From positions 62,001 through 126,000 of the forward strand of contig JAAILG010000151.1 in NCBI GenBank assembly GCA_012026655.1: a stretch of DNA of 64,000 bases. The letters are read 5' to 3'. This DNA comes from Hydrolagus affinis. Lineage: Eukaryota. The notes beneath the pieces were generated by a model, which was not told the origin of the DNA, searched no databases, and saw only the letters and a program-made list of their open reading frames with translations. Made by a program: the position numbers and the translations under genes. Of this stretch, positions 12,604 to 26,232 are shown piece after piece; position 1 is the first letter of the stretch, and the number at the start of each line of letters is the position of its first letter.

Positions 12604-15600
12604 CTTCCTCCACCAGGCTCCTCTCTCTGAGAGATCATATTCTGACCCGGGCACCTGATCCACTGAAAATAGACACGTTTTTTTTTCTAAATGGTCTTTG
12701 AGTTTCACTGTAAACAAGCAATGAGAGCAGCATTATGGAACGTTAGACGTTGGGTCATGTGCTACTTACTTTGGGAGTGGATCCAGTTTAGGGACTCCTG
12801 TGTTTTGAAACAGTGGACGTGTTTCTAAGCCCCTCTAGTGTCCTCGGGGATCTACCTGATTTTGTGCTTTGTTTCTCTCTGAGCCCCTGACGTGCCGCAG
12901 TCACTGCTGTGAATAATGGGGAACTAAGAGCCGTTGAAACCCTCATCTGCAAAAAGGGGCGACATTTTACCCCCACCCCCCCCCCCCACTCTCTCCCCTC
13001 CCCCAATTCACAGACTGTCCAAAAGGCTGCCATTGTTGGCACACTGTCTGGTGCTTTGTTGTGTCTGATGGCGGGTGATTGCATTGACCCACCCACGCAG
13101 GTGAGTGATGGGGAGTGTGTGGGCGAGGGGTGGGGGGGGGAGGGGGGTTCTGTCTCCCAGCCTATATCAATCATTGCCGCTCACAATTAAACCTGAGCGC
13201 GCTTGGTTAGGCACAGGTTTCCCCCCCACCCCCCCCCACCCCCTCTTCTGTTGCTGTGGAACCTGCCCTTACCTCTTACCTTAATAGAAACTCCATCGTC
13301 TGTGCGATTGGGGAGTTCCGCAGTCACCTCCCCACACAGCTCTGCCCTCTTAACAGTGTATGATGGGAACATTTTGGGATCTGTATTTCCCTCTCTCTCC
13401 CCACCCCCATCCCCCCTCGCACTATTGTCTGATTATTGTCCTTTACTCTGAAAGGTGACCAAATACTTCAAACGTATCTTATGGTGGTGTGAATGCTGCT
13501 TATTTTGAATGCGGTTTCTGTTCCCCAGGGCTTGAGGCTTCAGTACCTGAGGACAGTAGCTGTTTAATACACTGTGAGACACGGCTAGTAAAAGATTAAT
13601 TAATTTGACACAATCCGGGGCTAGCTACTGTCCTCAGGGAGCTTTAGTCGGCAGTGCCTGGAGCCAGCCTGTGGTCGTGTACAAGAGATTCTTTTGATCG
13701 AAAATCATTGCTTGTGTAGCATTTACAGGCTGCATTACACTCCCAACTCAGTTGAATATGGACTAAATCAGTGTAGAAAAAGCTTTGCATAGGTACAGCG
13801 CTGACTTATTGTGGTCAGGATTAATAGAGACAGGCACTTGTGAATCATAGTAATGCACTTGGTAAATTGAATGGGCTCAAAACCTAAGGTTTTTATGTTT
13901 TGAGCTGACTGTTTTCCTGGCTTGGGCTAATAAAATACTGTAATCTCTTGTGCCTCTTGGACCTGGGATATTCTCCCCCTCCCCTAACCCACAGAAAGTG
14001 TTCAGAGGATTGGAATCTACACAGCGAGTTGTGAAATGGGCAAGCTATTAAACATCAGAGCTGTGAGGTTGCATTTGCTGCCGTTATTGAAAATGGAATA
14101 ACCTTTAATGGTGCTCTAAGACGAACAGGAGTATTTTATATTGCGAGTAGTCCCACTAGAACTTAAAAAAATATGATTTGCCTGTTCTGTCCTTGCAGCA
14201 ACAATTGTTGACTTTAATATCGTTAGGCCGCTGACGCCTGCTCATGAAGTAGGCTCACTCTTTCACAGTGTCTGTGACAGGAGCAGCCTCCTGATTGCTG
14301 ATGTGGATGGAGCCTGGGCTCGCTCGCTCGATCGGGGAATATATAATAAGCTGCTGCTGAACCTCCCATCGACTCCTGTATCTACTGACCAGGGGGAGCT
14401 CTGTCTTCAGCCGGCTCCTCTCTGCACCAGTCAAAGGTGCAACACTGAAACAAAAATCCTCTGTACAGGGAAAGATCTGACAAAGTGCTGCTTTTCTCGA
14501 GCTATGAGAAGCCGTGTACTTACTCTGGACTTTTTTTTTTGCCCATTAGCCTGGAACTTTCAGATGCTCGTAGACATAAAAACCTTCATTAAAGTATCAA
14601 TGACCAATTCCACCTATTGTACTTGTGTGTGTTGTCATGGCGACAACCCATCCATCCTCTGTCTGCAGTGATTTCAGGCAGGAGTAGGCCATATCCATAT
14701 CATCGACCCGTCCGATTCCCGATAAAAGTCCCTTGTTACATTTGTCTCTAAGTCTTACCACCCTCAAATCCCTTTTAGTTGATGAGAACTTGTCTCTTCC
14801 GTTCATTGGAACATTTGCTATGTCATTTTGTTTTGCTATCTTGGGAGTGTTACTGTGGTTTAAGGTTAACCCTTCAAATACTGGAGATGTGCTCCCTCGT
14901 TTGCTAGTTTGGTTTTTACGTTGAGGTAAGTGAGGGTGAATTAGTTACTTAACTGCCCCTGGTGTTTTACTGTTATTACTATTTGCTTGTTTCCACTTTT
15001 TTTATTGTGCTATCACAATTTTTCATGCGCTTAATAGAGGCCGAGTCTGTGAGTTTGCAGCTCCCTGCATTAGGGGAAAGCCTAGCAATGTTTGTTCAAA
15101 ACTGACGTCTCAAATGGCTCGCTGGCGAAGCCCTTTTTACCTGTCTCTTTGCCACGAATCTCCTTGGTCACCTGTCGGCGCTGGCTAACCGAGGGAACAA
15201 TCCGCAACACAACACAGTCTGCCCTGTTATTGTTTTGCTTCTATTTTATTCCTTCGATTTATTCAGCAATTTTTTTTCCCCCTCCTTTTTGCAGATCGCA
15301 CGTCACAATCGCCCTCCTGGCAACCGTTAGAGGTCGGTGAGAGCTGAGTGACTCTCCATAGGGTTGCTCCTCAGCTTGACACCACCGTGCAAATCAACGT
15401 GTCGCTTGTCATTGAGCCCCTTCTCTCAGCCTGGTTCTCTGGGCCAGCAGAACTTCAGCTCTGTCACAGAATCTCACCTGTTAGCCTGACAGCCTGAGAA
15501 TTCATCAAATGTCTGAGGCTGGGACTGCAAGAAAACTGCCCCTCGCCCCCCCACCCCCCCACCACACCACCTCCCCCGCAGCTCTGTGAAACCAAGGCCC

Positions 15601-17838
15601 TCTCAGCCACCTTTTCCTCCTCTTAGCTGTTTCCTGTTCTAGTTGTTTGACTCCTCTCTGCTTTCTTTCGCTCCTGCCCCCTGGACACATGCCTGCACAT
15701 ACTTTGATTGACTGGATTTCATTTTATCAGTAACGTGTCTTGTCAGAAAAGCCTCCGGAGTTGTATCTGAAATAGATATTGTCTTTTCAGAGCGCACGGC
15801 CTTCATGACTAAGGCATAACATATCAATTTTACATGGCTACTGGGACTGTTTGGATTAGGCAATTTAAGCCCCTAGGTACTGTTACAATGTCCCTGATGT
15901 GCTATTTTCAGCAACCCGGGGGGAACATCACGCAGTATCCATTCTGCTAAATCAAAGCACAAACAAGCCTTGCAAAAAATATACAAGGTGTCTCTTAGTA
16001 CAGCACTCGCATTGAGGGAACGCAGTCACCACAATAAACCTCAAAAGCAGAGAACAACAGGCCCTGTCGCCCTCGTCACGTGCCGCTCTGCTCAGGACTG
16101 GCGTGTGCTGTAGTGCGACTGAGGTGTTCAGATTTGTGAATTTCTTTGGCCTTTTCATTGCCTGCCAGCACATTCTCTAACTCCCCGGTGAAAACCTTTA
16201 ATCGACTGCAGTCAGCGCAGTATTTGTTGCTTGGGTGAATTCAGCAGTACTTTAATAATCTTAGCGTGAGACTGCAGGCAGGAGACGGAAGCAAGGGAAA
16301 TCTAAAACACAGGCCCTGCCTTGTGGGTATCAGCCCACTAAATACCATAATGGGCCTCTTTATTTGGCTCTTTCATTTTGCAGCTTACTCTGTCACAAGT
16401 TAATCTCCAAATCTCACCAAGGTGATTCGGAAACTAAATCAGCATATTTCTCTCCTCCCGACTCAATTAAAGTAATTTTTTGTTTGTTGTCGTCTATTTG
16501 TATTGCCTTCGGCCGATTGGCCTTCAGATCTGAAACTGCTCTGCTCCCCTCCCCTCTCCGCGTCACTAGATGATCGAGTGACAGTTCTTGTTCCGAGTAT
16601 CCCACGCCACGTGTTATCAGGGCAGTGTCGCAACTGAGCCCGATCATCATGCCAACCACACGTCAATAGATATCAGTTAGGAGTGGGAACCCTGGCTGCT
16701 ATACCTGTTTTAGCCTTGCACCCCTCTGTAGCCGACATCAAAGTCACCATTGACAAACATACAATTAAATGAAGATTTTCTTGATCCGTATGATTACCCC
16801 CTCAGCCACTAGAGCAACAACAACACACAGTGTTCTCCCCAAACGGCAGAAGCAGCCCCAGTAGAAATGGGGCCTTTTCTGGTTGGACAGCGAAGGCTCC
16901 CGCCCAATTGTTTTTCCTTGGCAGCAAAGTTCAGAGTGAAATAAATTGACAGCTTTGCTATCATTAAGTATGTGAAACTAAGTACTGTACTGTGTGCTGG
17001 AGGGGGGTGGAGGAGTACAGCTGTTGCGTATCACTTGGCTATCGCCACCTTGAACAGAAAATTATCAGTTACAAAGCTTGCTAGTTACACACTTGTGAAG
17101 TACTGTACATTTATACAGCCCACTCATTAATTGTAGGATTATTGAACAGCCAACCAAAAGAGCTACAGTTAACACCAAGCTTCTTCAGCTTTGTTGAACT
17201 TCAAGTGCTTCTTTTGTTCATCTGCAAATACTGTACAATAGATTTTTTTTTCAAGTTTGATAGATTTTTTCATATTCTGTTTGGCCTGAAGTATTGTGTC
17301 TATCTCTCCACCTCATTTGACAGAATTGATACCTACATGTGGGGAATGAGTGGTAAAGGGGATTATTATTTTATTTTTTCCAAACATGGGAAACATGAAA
17401 TCTGCACGAGATTGCCTGTTGTGAGGCTTGCCTTGAAAAGCTGTTTGAAAGCGTGGGATGGACGGGATGTGAGTTTGTGTTTGTTGGTTTCATCAGATTA
17501 AAAGCTCTGAAGCCAAGGACACAGACCCATAGAGTGGATTGGCCTGACATACCACCACTGGAATGCCAGAGATTGATACCACCTTTGAACACTCCTGTCA
17601 ATGTCTCCCCACTGTGCATTCTTGCAATTCAGCCTTTCCACTTCTTTTGTGATGGGATGAGCTGCTTGTTTATGTGCGCTCTATCTCTACAGCTTGAGTT
17701 GGAATCTCCCTATTTGGCTGACGTTTGGTTTGGCTTTATCTGTAGTCTCCGTGCTCTAACTCTAAACAAAGAGCGAACATTGTACTCATTGTAGATGCAT
17801 GTGTAATATATATATATATATATTATTTTATTATATAC

Positions 17839-17935
17839 AATGATAATCTTGCATTTGATATAGGGCTTTTGACGTCTTCAGGATGGTGTCTCAAAGCGCT
17901 TCACAGAATATAAAGTGAATTGACTGTATATTTGT
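17839..17935 (-). mobile_element. SINE 3' fragment
   Basis: Tail and body match the family. Confidence 0.85.
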
Positions 17936-20353
17936 GTACATGAAGCCTGTTACCCATCCTGTAATCCAGCCACTGCACAACACAATTTCACGCTGTGGAA
18001 TTCAGAAACAAATACCAGAGATATGGCCTGCACAGGCTCTGGTCTGTGCTAACAGGTGGCAATAGACTTCTACATTCACCCTCCGTATCTCTAGGCTTCG
18101 GGTGGCACTGTCTTCAAGTCATTCCTGGTAACACATGCAAAATCTGTCAGCACGCTCGGCCTCATCGTGTACCTCCCCCCACAGCTCAGTAGCCTGCCCA
18201 CTCTCCCCCTGCCGAGCAGTGTGTTGTTTGCTGACGGCTGCTCCTGGAACCCCATTGTCAAAGGAGGAGTTTTTTTTTTAATGATCTGTTTACCACCTGA
18301 TCATCTTGCGATTGAATGAACTGCTGATGAGCAACTGGCAATTTCTTTGTGATTTCCGTAGGAGGTAACCTTCCCTTCAGCTGTAACATCACACAATCAC
18401 CAGAGTCTTCAATAACTCCCTCCTTTGTTTAGTGTATGGTGACCAGAAATCATTCCTTTTGTCTCAACGCAGTCTTTCTTTATAACTGTGTCTGCAAAGT
18501 ATAACCTCGTCTATTACCACAATTAGACTTTAGCACTGTGTGTCGGGGAGACTTATCCTCTATCAAAATTACTTTGCCTTTCTTGGTTTGTCTCACTTTC
18601 CTCTTTAATTATATGTAATCCAAAGCAACATCAAGCCGAGGCTGAAGTTAATGTATAATTTTTAAAAAAAATGCACAATGGCAATTTTGAATTATAGGTG
18701 TAAAGAATTAATATCGGGAGCGTTTTGTCAAAACTACAGAAGTCAAATCCCAGGCAACTTTTTTTTTCTGCTGAATTCCATTCATGGTAAATTATGGTAA
18801 TTTGGTCCTAATGGAATTTTAAGGTAGACAGCAGTAGAACAAGTACAATTATAGCGCTGCTCTGTGCACTGTAATTTACCAACGACTCTTTAGCGATGAA
18901 AGGAATTCAGCTGCCACTGCCTTAGGACTTGAAATGAAGGAAAAAACACAAACATTTATCAGATGAAAGCACATGATCGTTTAACATGACAATTTGCATG
19001 TTCATGGATCAAATACAGCTTTCACATTCCCGTTTACCCTGTGGACAGAAATACTTTATAGTCATAAAAGCAGATTAGTTTGCCTCTATGTTTTGCCTTG
19101 AAACAATGTCCGCGTTGTTTGCCTGTTGCGTAACCGTCAGTGGTCAGATGGAAGTATATGTTAACAGTGACCGTGTTATGGAGTTGGACTGGATTTGGGC
19201 GAGTGGTAGATCACTGGGAAGGTGATGTACCAGATCAAGGTGACTGTATGGTGCGTCTTCGAAGAATTTGTGCTGCGCAGACTTTTAAGAGGAAAGTTAT
19301 TTGCCATAAAGAAAGCTTTGGTTGCATTTTTTTTTTTAAAAACTCCCCTGGGTATGTCAGTGACAACGGCAGTGTCAGCATGTATTCTGAGCATGTGACG
19401 GTGGTGAAGGCTTCTCTTTAAGCAGCGGTAGCCCTTATGCAATGGTGGATGGAAATCTGGTTAGTGGTGGTGGTAAACACCAGGAGGAAATGGAACCTTT
19501 TGTGAACTGTTCAAGTCTGCGCAGTTTATAGCCCAGTGGGAGTGTGCCAGACAGCTCTGCCCACCGCAGCCTCTCAATGTGAATGGAACGCTTGTCTTGG
19601 TTTATGTAACTCTTGTGGGTCAGCATCGGACCCTCTCGCGCAGCCTGAGGCTGGAGGAAGACGCCAGGTGAAGTTCCCTACCTTCGGTGAAGTACTTGCT
19701 CTAGGACACCACACGGCGCGAGGTAAGTTGTTGTTGTTGTGTAATCTCAGCAGAACATTGCAACGCTGGCCTGTTTGTTTGGCAACCATTCCACCATCTT
19801 GGTGAAACTGTCAGCATTGTGCTACAGGCTGGCAAAGCCCCGCAAGTACATGTGGACTGGGTTTGAACTCAGATGGCAGACCTGCCTCCCAATTCCCTGT
19901 CTGTCAGTACAGTTTACACTCCTGACCTGACCTAACGCAACGCACCTTCTATATGCAATGCGCTTGGTTTCCTCCCCGTCGAGAGCGGCTCGATCTGAGC
20001 AGGAAGCACTCGTGATTTGTGTACCGTTGATCTTTACTGGGATCAGAGGATGAGGGAACTTGACCTCAACACACACTGTTCACACTACCCTGAGAGATCC
20101 CTCGTGTGATGCAGAAGCAATTCATACCATCCCAAATAAAATCGTCTTACATCGAACGAATAAAACGCCGTCCTCTTCACACAAAAAATTGGGGTTTGTG
20201 AACCAAGATAAAATTTGCGTTTATATAGGACTCCTTACGCCGGACAGCATCTCGGGGGCATTTAAACATCAGAGCTGGTTTGCATTAGTGAGAATATATG
20301 GAGTGATCTTAATGGGGCTTTGATAGAGTTTTACATTTGGTGTAAACTAGGCT

Positions 20354-20488
20354 TAATAATGATAATAATCCTTGCATTTGATATAGAGCTTTTCACATCT
20401 TATCAACATCTCAAAGCGCTTCACATAATATATTGTGAAGTAAAGTGAATTGCCTTTATATTTGTGGGCGAAACGCGGCAGCCAATTG
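20354..20488 (-). mobile_element. SINE 3' fragment
   Basis: Near-identical to the tail end of the 29153 copy. Confidence 0.9.
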
Positions 20489-21232
20489 ACGCAGATAGAG
20501 ATTAAGATTGCATTTGCTATGAATATGACACAGATAACTAGCAGTGAGCACACATACTGCCTTTTCCTCTTTTTTTTTGAGTCTTGTGTTCTAATCCCAG
20601 CAGAAGTTGTTTCATGTCATGCCTCTCTCACTTAGGAAAACATGTCCTTATTAGCCCTGAAAGGCGAAATTGGCCAGTGCCTGTGTGCAGGCATGCAGAG
20701 TTCATTTCAACTGTCTTCTTTGATTACACCATTTCAAATTCTCCCTTCTGACACGTTTAGCTGCCCTGTTAGTTTGCGGAGTCTCTGGGGGATTTCACAG
20801 TTGTTATCTGAGAGCGTTTTAGCTTTCCTCTAATCACTGAAACAACCTGTCTCATAGCCTTCCATCAGCTCTCTGTATCTGGCTGCTGCTGCAGGGATCT
20901 CTGGGTAAGATGTCGCAATTCCCACCACCTCCCCCCCCCACACCAAGCACGTTTCAAACTACAATGGCAGCCAAGACTTTCCCTCACAACACCGGTGTCC
21001 TGGGAGCTGCCTGATGCCAAGAGGTTGGGCATTTTGTGGTAGTGAGCTGTACAGACGAGAAGGGAGAAGGTCACAGGTCCTGGTTGGTGATGGGTTAGTG
21101 GACCCCAGCTGAGGGGCTACTCTCCTCTGTGGCCCTGGTGTAAAAGGCGTCTCTATCCCTGCTGATTAACCGCCAGCCCCCAAGCAGGCAGAGAGTCAGG
21201 CGGGTGTGTGAGGTGTGCAGTTTTTTTGTTTT

Positions 21233-21458
21233 GCGCGATTGGCTGCTGGATTTCACCCACAAAGTACACAGTCACTTCACCCAGCGCCTTGGGACTTCTT
21301 CCCGACGTGAAAGGCGCTCTATAAATGTCAGTTTGTTGTTGTTTTTCAGTAAATATCAAATGCAAGGATTATTATTTTCATCGTCCAGTGAAGCACTTTG
21401 AGTTGTCTCGATGATGTGATCAGGCGCTACATCAAATGCAAGATTGTTCATTATTATT
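21233..21458 (+). mobile_element. Composite: SINE body, nested L2-type tail (21283-21343), SINE tail end, then a second SINE tail
   Basis: Each segment matches other copies in the window. Confidence 0.78.
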
Positions 21459-21674
21459 AATATTGTAGTTGGAAGAGGAAAATGCAGCATGCTGGAGTGA
21501 GTGTGTGAGTGAGTGACTCCCTCCCTCCCTCCCTCCAGTGAAGGATTGAAGGTTAAAACACTGCAGTTCAAAGCTAATGTTGCCAAAGCAGAGTGTAAAG
21601 GAACAAAGCTTTTGGCAGGTGCTGTGGCAATTGTTCAGTTGTTTCTCCTTTTACACTCCTGTGGAACATATCGT

Positions 21675-21950
21675 TGGGAATTGAGCTAAATTAACCCCTC
21701 AATCCATCTGTCATTAGGCTGCAAGATGAAAGATTATGTGTTGAGGCTTGTAATTTATCTGCCAGGTGAGACTGTTCAATTTACTATGAAAATAACTATT
21801 ACTGATAACTATTCATCCCTGGGGCCAGCAGCAGAGATTACAAGGTGTAATAGGCACTGAGGTACAAAATGGCTGTGTTAAAGTGAAATGCATCAGCTTG
21901 AAGAATGATGGAAGACTAAGCATGCAATTTTCAATTTATAATTGCAAAAC
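21675..21950. promoter_or_regulatory. Candidate conserved enhancer
   Basis: CTGTCA (Meis) at 21708-21713, TAATTT/TAAATTA homeobox cores, CAGGTG E-box; repeat-free. Confidence 0.42.
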
Positions 21951-22938
21951 AAAAATAATATGCGTCTCCCAAAGCAAGCTCATTTGTTACACTTCACCGG
22001 AACACACAATTAAAAGAAATAATATTGATATTAGTTTATATTAAATGGGTTTCACAGTTGCCCTCCCAGTCTCTCAGTGGTCTGGTTCATCTCTCGTTTG
22101 GCTAAATGTGGCGGGGGGGGGAGGTATTTAGGTTAAATTAGCCAGTTATCCTTCCACCATCAGCACTGCGCTGGTCACTAGGGCTCACAGATGTAGATGT
22201 AAAATGTAGATTTACATGTTGTTGGGTGGCATCAGATGCCTTGGAACGTCCTCCCGACTTAAAAGGTGCTATACAAGTATCATTTGTTTTTTTGTTGGTG
22301 GTGGTTTGTCTGCAGTTAGTACGATTCTCCTGAACAAGGATATTGTTGTAATACTTTAAGACCTAGGCTTCTTCCTCCCCTCCTCCCCCATCTCTCCCTC
22401 TCACTCCCTCTATTTTCTTTCCTCCCTCATTCCACCTTTTCTCTCCTTTCTTCTCCACTTCAAGAGCTGAGGAACTAACAAAAAGGGCTTCAGTGCTTCA
22501 GTAACTCACCTAAGAATGATGATGAGCTAGTGATGGGTGGGACTGGATACTCAGTGCTGGCATTTTCAGTCACTCCCTCCCAACCAGGGAACCTCACCAG
22601 AAGAGCCTGCAGGCAGCCGAGAGCTACTCTTTACTGCCAGACCGTGAATCAGAAGTTCTGCTGCTCTAACAAGGTTATAGATGTTTGGACTGAATATCGA
22701 ACCTGTAATTTAATCTTGTCTTTAAATTACATCATAAACCACAGGAGCATAGTTGGAATAGTGTGTCATTTGAACTTTGAGGTTCAAATTTACAGGCTCT
22801 TAACTTGCTCAATACCATTTGTTTATTTTCAATCGTTATTCTTATTGTGGATAAAAAAGCCAGAGAGGGATGTCTGAGTCCTTCCCCCTTGTTATACTGT
22901 TTAGTTACCAGATACAACAAGATTGTACATGCAAGCGG

Positions 22939-23070
22939 CAAAATACTACAGCTGGTGGAAATCTGAAATAAAAACAGAAGTCGCTGGGAACACTCAGCAG
23001 CTCAGGCAGCATCTATGGAGAGAGGAAAAGTGAGTCAACATTTCGGATTGATGAGCTATCATCAGAACTG
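22939..23070 (-). mobile_element. Second, decayed copy of the 130-bp element
   Basis: Reverse complement aligns end to end with 54187-54319. Reads CAGTT-CTGATGA...CC-GAAATGTTGACTC. Confidence 0.78.
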
Positions 23071-25868
23071 TAACAGGGCGTGCATTGTGAGGCATGCAAG
23101 GCAAATGGGGAGAGAAAAATGGTGTTCAAATCCTGGATTCATATTGGGTTGGTAGACATGGCAGATCCCACAAGCAAAAACCTGGGGAGGAGAGAGAGGC
23201 GGGAAGGCGGCACAGCTCCACCCAGCTCTCTATCAATCCTCTTCCAAGTCAAGGCAGTATTTTTTTGCGAGTGATGCTCTCCTGGAGTAAAATCTCGATG
23301 GAGAGACTGAAGAGAAAGAGAGGGGAGTTGAGTGGTTCTCCAGTCTCAAGGTGGGGGTTGCTGGATTAAGCTATTGAACCTTCTCCATCACTTGGAGCTG
23401 TCAAGGAGACATCAGCGCTCAGATCCTTGCCATGGGAAGACTTAAACTGCTGACTCTCCACCATCACCAACTACCCGTCCCATTTGAAGAAGGTTCTTTC
23501 ACAGGACGTGAAGGAGGCTGTTGACTGGCACACATCCCCTGCAAGGAGATATTCAGTATCTCAACAGCAGAGACAAGAGGGCATGTGATACGATGCGATA
23601 TCTGGCATGATTTGAGTAGCTCATCCTTGGGTGATGTTCTGAATGCCACGTTGAAGGGGCCGTTGCAGCTGGTTTTTTGTGCAGCTGGCTTCACGGCTCA
23701 TCAAACGCTGTCCCACGGGTGGTGTGGTGTCGGCCAGATTCGCGCAGATGAAAGTCGGGCAATAAAAGAATGGTTTCTCTTCAGATGGAAGGACGATAGA
23801 TCCTCCAGTGGCCGTGTAAGCTGATGACAGAGTCTTGGCGAAGGAATGACACATCTGGAGCTATCTGGAGAAGCGAGGACATATTGTCCCTCCAGTGAGG
23901 CAGAGGAAGGGATGGTAATCCTGTCAATTAATTGGACGAGCCATTGAAGCCCTTGGCATCTGGGTTTTTATGATCTGTTACTGGCTGATAGTTGTAACTC
24001 GTGCTGAAGTGATCCTGGTTGAAGGCTTCAGGTAACTGAAGCCATCGCTGCAGAATCCGCTCTTTTCACATGGCATTGTAATGAAGTTATTTTGAATTTT
24101 GGAATAAATTACAGGAAAATTAGAGCCAATTACATCTAATCTGTTAATGGCCCATCAAGCTGCCTCCTTATGTAGTCATTTTCTAACTTTCTGGTTTTAT
24201 TACTTCCCACTCCGTCTCCTCTTTTTATTTCCAACTGTTTTTTCGCCAATTTATCAACTCTTAATTCTCTCCTCTGCCGCAGACATTTGCCTTTTCATTT
24301 CTCTCCTGTAACTGTGATATGGTTCCCCCGGCACCAACCGCTACCCCGGCTGAGACGAGGTAAGTTAGCGCCAGGCACGGATTGGGATTTCACCCTCTCT
24401 AACAAGTGCTGCTGTGACCAGTCTGCTACCTTTCCTGTTCTATTCCCAAAGTGAACATGACAAATCTCCACTTCAAAAGGCGTATTAACGTTTACGTAGG
24501 AAAAGGGCATTCTCTGCAGACAAGGAGATCTTTTGCTGGTATTGTCGCACAAAATGGACCCATGAACAATGAACCAAGGTATAATTGGACTTTGTGGTCT
24601 CCCCACCCAGCCCCCAACAGAAATGGCCTCCTACGATGTCCAGCCTTTTGTTTGCCAGTTCTCTAGCTGGGTTATTGGGACACTGGTGTTCCTTACACCG
24701 CAGAATAAAGATTAGCAGTGTTTAGGTGCCATATGCCTTCTCACATCGGGTTCCCACGAGTCCTTTTATTTCCTTTTTGCACATATTCAGACATCAATTA
24801 AGTACACGTCTTAAAATAAATGAACGCCCGCCTGTGGGTAATTAACGGCATTCGGTTGCAGAATCTGTCAATGGGGTTTGAACGCGGAGCAAAAAAAATT
24901 GCTACCTTTGGCAACTGAGGGGTTTGTGTTTTGAAGGAGAAAAAAAAAAGTATATTTGCATCAGGCAAATGGTCCGCAAGTCAATTCTCCTTGAAGTACC
25001 GTTTGAAGCATCAGGGCTTGCAGTGTGAATTTTAATAAGCAACAATATTCTCAGTTGTGTCCGCTCCCTTCACCAGAGCAGGGAGGTTGTGTTCAGGTTG
25101 CCTGGCTGTGTCTTGCCTACAGACAGCCAGCCAATCTGTTCAAAATTTCGCTTCTGAGGTTGCAATCCTGCTTTCTGCTTAATCACAGGAGCCAGATGGG
25201 ACATGTATTAGGTTTCAAATCCCTAGAAAACATAATGGTTTTTGTTTTCATTTACAGTGGAAGTTATTACATTTTAATGCTACACCTTAGGGAGGGCCTT
25301 GCATCAATGGACCTACTTGAATAATGGTAGCTAACTGTTAGCACATGCTGGGGAGAAATGAAATTAGCAACCATGACAAGTTGCTGCTTTGCATACTGGC
25401 TCCTTCAAGTGCAGTTACTGGTGATTTAAGTCTCGTGCTTTGGGGGATAATTTTAGTTCAGTATTAAAAGCATTTTCAGTCTGTTTGGTTTTTCATTAAG
25501 ATGGCACATCTGTTCAGAAGTTTAGTCAAGTGATGTTTGATTCCACTTTCATCAGCTAATTTTAATTATTCACACCATTGGTGCTGTACCACGGTTCATC
25601 AACTTAAAAAGCCGTGACATTGCTTGTGGAACAATGATCTTTGAGCAGGGAATTAGTATAATTTACTTCCAACGAAGGTGCCCTGATGGCTGTTTCCGGA
25701 GCGTCTTGTGCTGCGTTTGACAGACGCAGAACAAAAGTCCTTTAATATGGTGCTGGTAGGTATCCTCCAGCATTGTTAAAAAAAATATAAAACAAAGAAA
25801 TTATCTTACTGAGTAGTGATGCTAGAGCCACAGTTTAATAAACCCTCCAAAAATAAATAATAATGATT

Positions 25869-26044
25869 CGGTGATTCAATCCACCACTGGTTATGGGACA
25901 CTTCTAATTGTGCGCAATTGGCTGCCGCCTTTCGCCAACAAAATATTACAGTGAATTCACTTTACAGTATATGCTGCGAAGCGTTTTGAGACGTCTCGAA
26001 GACGTGATAAGGCACTGTGTCAAATGCAAAGGATTATTATATTA
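25869..26044 (+). mobile_element. SINE 3' half
   Basis: GCGCAATTGGCTGCCGC...AAATGCAAAGGATTATTAT. Confidence 0.85.
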
Positions 26045-26232
26045 GAATGTCCATTAATAGTGGGATGAATATGGCTGTAATGCCCCCTGATATCTATAAT
26101 GCCCGTTCATGTGAAATACGATCACTGTAGTACTAGTCAGCCCCTTTGGGAGAAACGTGGATAACATTTTTATAAACAACTCGGCAGCACTTTGCAGAGA
26201 AAGTAACTATTCACGACTTGGAAGTGTAATTG

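Noticed and set aside
19705-19722. 18-nt in-frame microexon-like segment CTAG|GACACCACACGGCGCGAG|GTAAGT
   Set aside because: Very short pyrimidine tract, and the donor runs into (GTT)n. It looks like a decayed L2 tail (compare 63720-63755).
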